64,000 nucleotides of DNA from an uncultured Gemmatimonadales bacterium (GTDB lineage Bacteria; Gemmatimonadota; Gemmatimonadetes; Gemmatimonadales; GWC2-71-9): the NCBI GenBank assembly GCA_963771275.1, contig CAVYSW010000009.1, positions 396,882 through 460,881 on the forward strand, read 5' to 3'. A program made the position numbers and the translations under genes. This document shows positions 58,847-64,000 of this stretch, piece by piece. Each line of letters begins with the position of its first letter. Within the stretch, counting starts at the first letter, position 1. The notes below the pieces were generated by a model. The model was not told the origin of the DNA. It saw only the letters and a program-made list of their open reading frames with translations, and did no database searches.

Positions 58847-59272
58847 AGCGCTAGTGTCGGATCGTGTGACCTGAAGGTGGGCGCGGTAGCCGTCCGGCGG
58901 GATGGGCCGGGTGGAGATGGGTTGGGGGGCGAGCTCGAGCAGAGTCACTCGGTAGCCGCCGAACTCCACGCTCGAAGCAGGATACGAGAGCGTGTGGAGG
59001 GTGAACGGGTGGGTCGGGCCCTCGCCGGCGGAGAGACCGATCTCCACCGCGGCGTCGCCGGCCCAGACGCAGACCACGTCCGTGGGGCAGCGGGAGTCGG
59101 AGGAAACCTCGAGGAACGCCACGCCGAGGATGCCGACCCGGACCTCCTGGCCCGGCGCCAGCACCAGGGTGTCGCCCACGATCTGACTCGCGTCCGGTCC
59201 TCCGGTGGGGTCTACGGCCGCCCGGCACGCGGCCAAGGCGATCAACGACAACCCGACTACGGCGAGCCTCAT
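58838..59272 (-). CDS. Hypothetical lipoprotein with DSRCP..V.CVWAG motif
   Basis: Lipobox LAAC; RBS GAGGTG; disulfide-like motif DSRCPTDVVCVWAG. Confidence 0.7.
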   Translation of the reverse strand: MRLAVVGLSLIALAACRAAVDPTGGPDASQIVGDTLVLAPGQEVRVGILGVAFLEVSSDSRCPTDVVCVWAGDAAVEIGLSAGEGPTHPFTLHTLSYPASSVEFGGYRVTLLELAPQPISTRPIPPDGYRAHLQVTRSDTSASR

Positions 59273-59530
59273 GTCGCACCTCAAGCTGACGGAGGTCCCA
59301 GCTGCGACTCCTCCCTGCCTTCGATACCCGCGCCGGCCTGCCCGGGTCACGCGACGGCCTCCGAGAGCGGTTTCCGGGGCGGGCCGGGAGGCTCGGCGGC
59401 TGGCAACCCCCGGCAATCGGGAGAATCACCATCCGGATTGGCTTGACCGACGCCTGAACTGCCGCTCCCATTGACGGGTACCACCACGTGCGGTGGTTGG
59501 ACTCTGGAGTCTCCCTGCCGGGAGGGCGCT

Positions 59531-60427
59531 ATGCCGCCTCGTCCATCTCTCCTCCTCGGTGCCGTCTGCGTCATCGCGCTGGGCTGCGCCGCACACCTCC
59601 CCTCCTACGAGCAGTCACTCGAGCTGAACGCCTCGGGGAACGATCCCGGGGACGGCGGCGGAACCCGGGATCGGATTGCGGGCGTGCTGGAGGCGCGGCA
59701 TTACACGCTGCGGCCTTTCGAGATGCGGGCCCCGCGCTACGGGTGGCCCCAATTCCTCGGGCACTGGACGCCGTGGGGCATCCGGCTCCGGGCCGACGGC
59801 TGGGACCAGGTGGACGTCATGTGGAGCGGCGAACTGCTGGGGAACCAGACGCCGCCGACTTCCTATCGGTGGATCGTCCGGGCGCGCACGTTCGCCTCGG
59901 AGGGCGCCGAGCGACCGGCCTCGGCGGAAGCCCGGGCCGATGCCGACAGCATCTTGGCGGAGCTCGGCACGGTGGACACGCTGGTGGGTGCTTCCAGCGC
60001 GACGCCGACGGCGCCGGAGTGGTGGCAGGCTGACAGGGAGGCCCGGCGGCGTGCGTGTGCCGGTGGCGTGTACGTGGGCGCGTTCACGGCGTTTCCCCAT
60101 TGGGCTGGCGCGCCCGACAAGGGGACGAACGCGGAGCGCGTCGTCGCGACGCTCGAGGCCGATGGATGGACCATCGCGGAGCCCTTCCCGTACGCGTGGC
60201 CGGGCCGGTTGGTGGCGCGGCGCGCACAGCCGGGCGGCGCGGACGCGGTCACGGTCTACGCCGGCTGGCTGGAGTACCCGTGGCACTACAGCATCCGCAC
60301 GCGGTACCACGTGCGCGCGGCGTCGTGCGACAGCACCGGCCGGCGGGGGCCGCCCCGCGCGGAGGCCCGCGCCGACGCGAACCGGCTGGTGGCGGCGCTG
60401 CGCGACGCGATCGCGGGCGAGCGCTGA
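59531..60427 (+). CDS. Hypothetical lipoprotein with two copies of an unknown domain
   Basis: RBS GGAGG; lipobox ALGC; repeats ending AEARADADSILAEL and AEARADANRLVAAL. Confidence 0.65.
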   Translation: MPPRPSLLLGAVCVIALGCAAHLPSYEQSLELNASGNDPGDGGGTRDRIAGVLEARHYTLRPFEMRAPRYGWPQFLGHWTPWGIRLRADGWDQVDVMWSGELLGNQTPPTSYRWIVRARTFASEGAERPASAEARADADSILAELGTVDTLVGASSATPTAPEWWQADREARRRACAGGVYVGAFTAFPHWAGAPDKGTNAERVVATLEADGWTIAEPFPYAWPGRLVARRAQPGGADAVTVYAGWLEYPWHYSIRTRYHVRAASCDSTGRRGPPRAEARADANRLVAALRDAIAGER

Positions 60428-60464
60428 GCCCGCGAGATCAGCCGTGCTGACGGGGAGGTTCCCG

Positions 60465-60989
60465 ATGCGCACCAGCGTCCTCCTACCCATCGTCGTCGTG
60501 GCGGCCCTTGTCACGGGCTGCGTCACCCACGCCACCCGGTCCGTGATGAGAACGACGGGCGGGGTTGCCCCCCGGACGCACGCGGAGGCAGTGTGCCAGT
60601 CACTCGGCTACGCCCTCGCGCAGCTTCCACCGACCAAGGACGCGATGGCCGCTCGGAACGCGCGGCGCGCGTGGCGCTGGTGGGCCGGAAATGCATCGTC
60701 GGAGGGGAGCGGCTTCGCAGCCTATTCCGTCACGCAGCCCTGGCGAGCGTTCTGGGTTCGTCCCCGCGCCGACGGCGGATGGGATCAACTGGCCATCACC
60801 GAGTTCTGGGCAAACTCCGGGTGGTTTGACGCTACGAGCATCCGAACGTACTGGAGTCGGTGGGTGGTCAATGCCGGCACGTTCGGGCCGGACGGAACAG
60901 AGCGGTGGCCGTCGAGCGAGGTCCGGGCGGACGCGGATAGCCTGATCAGCGTCATTTGGCGGGTCCAGCGCTCCGAGGGCAAGTCCTGA
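60465..60989 (+). CDS. Hypothetical lipoprotein with one copy of the same domain
   Basis: RBS GGGGAGG; lipobox VTGC; RADGGWDQL...RWVVNAGTF..DGTER.PSSEVRADADSLI. Confidence 0.65.
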   Translation: MRTSVLLPIVVVAALVTGCVTHATRSVMRTTGGVAPRTHAEAVCQSLGYALAQLPPTKDAMAARNARRAWRWWAGNASSEGSGFAAYSVTQPWRAFWVRPRADGGWDQLAITEFWANSGWFDATSIRTYWSRWVVNAGTFGPDGTERWPSSEVRADADSLISVIWRVQRSEGKS

Positions 60990-61065
60990 GCGCACGCGAT
61001 GGGAGTGGAGCGTCAAGGTGACGGGGCCGGCACCACTGCCGGCCGCCGTGGAAGCCCGTAACGGG

Positions 61066-62121
61066 TCAGGGGAAGCCCACCAGCCAGAGATTGGGGTCGC
61101 CCCCGTCGCCAATCTCCAGCACGACCTGCCGGCGACCCGGCACCCCCGCGAGCCTGATGGGGGCGGCGAACGTGAAGACATCGTGCTGCGAGCCACCGGC
61201 CGCGAGGTCCGCCCACGCCAGGGCCGGCTGAGGCTCACTCGCGCCGACCTCCAGGAGCATGATCGCGGCCACCACGCTGTCCGCCACGGTCACATCGGTG
61301 AGCTGCAGCAGCACCGCGCCTCCGGCATCAGCGAACCGAACCAGCGGCGCGGGCGCCGAGTCCGGCACCCAGCGGTACACGGCGGTCGGGTCCGAGCCCG
61401 GTACGAAGTACACGCTCCCATCCGCCCCGGGGTCGTACGCCAGCGCGTCCGCGAGCTCCGGGATCGCCGCGGGTGGCGTCGTGTCAGCCGGATCGGCGGC
61501 GATCTCGAAGACCCCCAGCGGCACGAAGCCACCCAGCTCGCCGTTGACCAAGTGTTCGGCGCCCCCCAGGAAGCGGAGCGTGTCGTTGCCGCGCCAGGTG
61601 AGCTTCCGGTAGGCGTTGACCATCGTGCCCGACGGGCTGGCGAACAGCCGCTGGAGCACGACCGCGGCGCTGTCCGGCTGATCGAGGGGCGCCACCACCA
61701 GGGCGCGCTCGTCCGGTGCGCCGCCCAAGGTCGAGCCGCGCTCGCGCACGAAGGCCACGCGGCGGCCGTCGGGCGAGATCGCGGGGTGGAGCCACGCGTC
61801 CCGCGTGCCGTCGGAGGTGTGGCCCCCGGCGCACGCCTCGCCGAGCAGGCGACCGCCCTCAGCCGGGAGGAACGCCAGGCAGCGATCCCCGTCGGGGCGG
61901 TCGGCGTCGCGCCGGGAGAACACCAGCGTGTCGCCGTACACGAACGGCATCTCGTCGCTCAGGGGATTGAACGTGAGCCGGCGCGGCAGCCCGCCCGGGA
62001 ACGGTCCTAACGTGTCCGGCGGCGTGAGCGCGAACGGCTCGGTGTGCGTGCAGGCCCCGGCGGCCACAAGGGTGCCGGCCAACAGCGCGCGAGCCAGTAC
62101 GGCCCGGGCGCTACGGCGCAT
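61066..62121 (-). CDS. TolB-like/PD40 beta-propeller lipoprotein
   Basis: Lipobox [14 protein letters not shown] and [14 protein letters not shown]. Confidence 0.6.
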   Translation of the reverse strand: MRRSARAVLARALLAGTLVAAGACTHTEPFALTPPDTLGPFPGGLPRRLTFNPLSDEMPFVYGDTLVFSRRDADRPDGDRCLAFLPAEGGRLLGEACAGGHTSDGTRDAWLHPAISPDGRRVAFVRERGSTLGGAPDERALVVAPLDQPDSAAVVLQRLFASPSGTMVNAYRKLTWRGNDTLRFLGGAEHLVNGELGGFVPLGVFEIAADPADTTPPAAIPELADALAYDPGADGSVYFVPGSDPTAVYRWVPDSAPAPLVRFADAGGAVLLQLTDVTVADSVVAAIMLLEVGASEPQPALAWADLAAGGSQHDVFTFAAPIRLAGVPGRRQVVLEIGDGGDPNLWLVGFP

Positions 62122-62488
62122 GGGGCAGCGGATGCACGAGGAAGACGTGATCCATCACGGGGCGACCGCCGATCAGGTGCTCCTGGATGATTCGCTCGAG
62201 CACGGGTGGATCGCAAGCGCGGTACCACGTGCCTTCCGGGTACACCACGGCGATCGGCCCCTGCTGGCAGACGCGCAGGCAGTTGGCCTTGGTGCGGTAG
62301 ATGCCGCCCTGCTCCGAGAGGCCGAGCTCCCGGAGGCGCCGCTTGAGGTAGTCCCAGGACGCGAGCCCGCGCTGCTTCTCGCAGCACTTGGGGGTGGTCT
62401 GGTCGCAGCAGAGGAATATGTGGCGCCGGATGGCAGGGATCCCGACGGCGGCGATCCGGACGTCGAGCGGCTCCTGGGGGGCCGTCAT
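62111..62488 (-). CDS. Thioredoxin-like (2Fe-2S) ferredoxin
   Basis: RHIFLCC...[40 protein letters not shown]. Confidence 0.88.
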   Translation of the reverse strand: MTAPQEPLDVRIAAVGIPAIRRHIFLCCDQTTPKCCEKQRGLASWDYLKRRLRELGLSEQGGIYRTKANCLRVCQQGPIAVVYPEGTWYRACDPPVLERIIQEHLIGGRPVMDHVFLVHPLPHAP

Positions 62489-62922
62489 GCGGACACGACC
62501 GTGACTCCCGCCGTTCCCTGGAAGTCCCTGTCGAACGTTGCGACGAGTCCAGGAGGATGGCGCCGGGCGACGGTGACGATGGCGGCGTCGGTGAAGCTCA
62601 GCCGCCCGGCTGACTGACCCCGGAAGGTCACCAGCGTTTCAAGGAACAGGTCCGAGCAGGGGACGAAATCCACCTCACGAGCCTGCAGCAGTCGCGCGGC
62701 GACGTCCGTCGCCACCGCAAGGCCCCGGCGGGCGAGTAACACGGTGACGACCTCGAGGAACACGTACTCCAGAAGCAGTGCCTGCCCCCACTCACCGCCC
62801 AGCAGCCGGAGCATGGCACGTGCCGCGGCCGCGTGATGGACGTCGCGGGTGTTGTGATACGCGACGAGGAAGCTCGAGTCGAGGACGACCACCCGGGGCT
62901 CAGGCGCCGTAGACGATGGCAT
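62485..62922 (-). CDS. vapC: PIN-domain VapC-like toxin
   Basis: [30 protein letters not shown]; start could be GTG 62892. Confidence 0.85.
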   Translation of the reverse strand: MPSSTAPEPRVVVLDSSFLVAYHNTRDVHHAAAARAMLRLLGGEWGQALLLEYVFLEVVTVLLARRGLAVATDVAARLLQAREVDFVPCSDLFLETLVTFRGQSAGRLSFTDAAIVTVARRHPPGLVATFDRDFQGTAGVTVVSA

Positions 62923-63133
62923 CAATCTCTTCGCTCAGGCGTTCGGTGCCCTCGGGATACGGCTCGGGGGCAAGGTCGCGAAGACTCCCCTCGGCGGACG
63001 TCACGCTGGGTCGTGCCAGATACGCGCGGATGGCCTCATTGACGGCCTGGCCGACCGTCTTCCCCGTCAGGGCCGCCTGGGCCTTGAGGGCGCGGTAGGC
63101 CTTGGGGTCGAGGTTCCGGATCGTGGTATCCAT
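62900..63133 (-). CDS. Ribbon-helix-helix antitoxin (VapB-like)
   Basis: TTIRNLD...YRALKAQAAL.GKTV..AVNEAIRAYL and [11 protein letters not shown]; upstream of the PIN gene; TACAAT 6 nt before ATG (leaderless); TGTAACACT direct repeats at 63142 and 63155. Confidence 0.8.
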   Translation of the reverse strand: MDTTIRNLDPKAYRALKAQAALTGKTVGQAVNEAIRAYLARPSVTSAEGSLRDLAPEPYPEGTERLSEEIDAIVYGA

Positions 63134-63217
63134 ATGTGCATTGTAACACTGAGGTGTAACACTCGCAACCAAACCTGCCCTGTGCCGAGCGAGGGGAGAG
63201 CCCGGCGCGCGGGCCCC

Positions 63218-63529
63218 TCACTCGGGCCTCCGCGGTGCGGGGGGCGTCGACACCTCGATCGCCTCGCGGAGCGCGCGCAGCTCGGCGGTCTCCTGCTCCA
63301 CCGCCCGCTTCAGCTCCGCCACCTCGCTGCGGAGCTGCGTCATCTCCTCCTGCACCCGGTTCACCTTCGAGCCCACCACCATCCACACAAGCAGGGCGAT
63401 GAGGAGCAGGGTTCCGCAGCCAAGTGTCGCCGGCCGCGCCCCCACCCTCCGGCAGTTGGGGCACACGCCGGTGATGAGGTCGCGGTCGAGGAACGAGACG
63501 TCCCTGCCGCACTGCGGGCACTTGGTCAC
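63218..63529 (-). CDS. Small Zn-ribbon / TM helix / coiled-coil protein
   Basis: CPQC...CPNC, hydrophobic TLLLIALLVWMVVG, heptad-rich C-terminus; GTG start with RBS GGGAG. Confidence 0.6.
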   Translation of the reverse strand: MTKCPQCGRDVSFLDRDLITGVCPNCRRVGARPATLGCGTLLLIALLVWMVVGSKVNRVQEEMTQLRSEVAELKRAVEQETAELRALREAIEVSTPPAPRRPE

Positions 63530-63675
63530 GGCGATTCTCCCGATTCGCGGAATCTCGGCCAGGACAGGTAGCATACCGTCCGCCGAGCGGGAAGTCCAAA
63601 GATCGCGAAGCACCCGGCACGTTCGCGGACGAGCCACAGCGAGACCACCTGGGTTCCCTTAGATTGATCGGGCAA

Positions 63676-63866
63676 GCGACCGTGGCGGACTACAAGCCGC
63701 GAGCGCAGCGAGCGGCGGTGGCTCGTCCAGACGTGGGAGTATGGCGTGACCGTGGCGGACCACAAGCCGCGAGCGCAGCGAGCGGCGGTGGCTCGTCCAG
63801 ACGTGGGAGTATGGCGTGACCGTGGCGGACCACAAGCCGCGAGCGCAGCGAGCGGCGGTGGCTCGC
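63676..63866 (+). repeat. 70-bp tandem repeat (~2.7 copies) starting with the 5' end of tRNA-Leu
   Basis: Units start at 63676, 63746 and 63816 with G(C/T)GACCGTGGCGGA, matching tRNA nt 1-14. Confidence 0.9.
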
Positions 63867-63919
63867 AACGGGCGCGAGCAAGGCGTCAGGGCGGCCTGCC
63901 GCCCAGACGCCGCAGCAAT

Positions 63920-64000
63920 GCGACCGTGGCGGAACTGGCAGACGCGCAGGACTTAGGATCCTGTGGGGTAACCCGTGGGGGTTCGAGTCCCTCCGGTCGC
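63920..64000 (+). tRNA. trnL: tRNA-Leu (anticodon TAG); 3' discriminator/CCA lies beyond the window
   Basis: Acceptor stem GCGACCG/CGGTCGC; D-loop TGGCAGAC; anticodon arm CAGGA-CTTAGGA-TCCTG; long variable arm; T-loop GTTCGAGT. Confidence 0.95.

Noticed and set aside
63676..63866. CRISPR array
   Set aside because: Units are near-identical over their whole 70 bp, with no unique spacers, and there are no cas genes in the window
54300..64000. Prophage, integrative element or IS
   Set aside because: No integrase, transposase, terminal-IR/TSD pair or phage structural gene is recognisable in the window

Overview
Very GC-rich bacterial chromosomal window. Gene content and protein style suggest Gemmatimonadota; this is an inference, and no rRNA is present to confirm it. 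From left to right: (1) a porin/CcmH-like/CDF metal-transporter unit; (2) an arsenic-resistance operon arsR-acr3-metallophosphoesterase-arsD-arsA-MOT1 with no arsC, plus a second ArsR; (3) a ~15.5 kb phosphate-starvation island (GT4 glycosyltransferase, alkaline-phosphatase-superfamily enzyme, PAP2; TonB receptor and FN3 lipoprotein; pstSCABB-phoU; porin-pstS2) whose five promoter regions all carry 11-bp-phased GTTAC-like direct repeats (putative Pho boxes); (4) rhomboid protease, two tandem small Zn-ribbon paralogues (one missed by the ORF track), dnaK with a sigma54-type promoter, degP; (5) a caa3-type cytochrome c oxidase operon; (6) GreA-family factor, esterase, TetR/SDR, diheme cytochrome, a sugar ABC/GH38 operon, PP2C, EEP proteins, MATE, PepN; (7) a variable-looking right end with two VapBC pairs, a tricorn protease flanked by inverted heptamer arrays, orphan lipoproteins, and a 70-bp tandem array built from the 5' end of the adjacent tRNA-Leu(TAG). 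Five single-base frameshifts in short G/C runs are most likely sequencing errors. No CRISPR array, integrase or transposase was seen.
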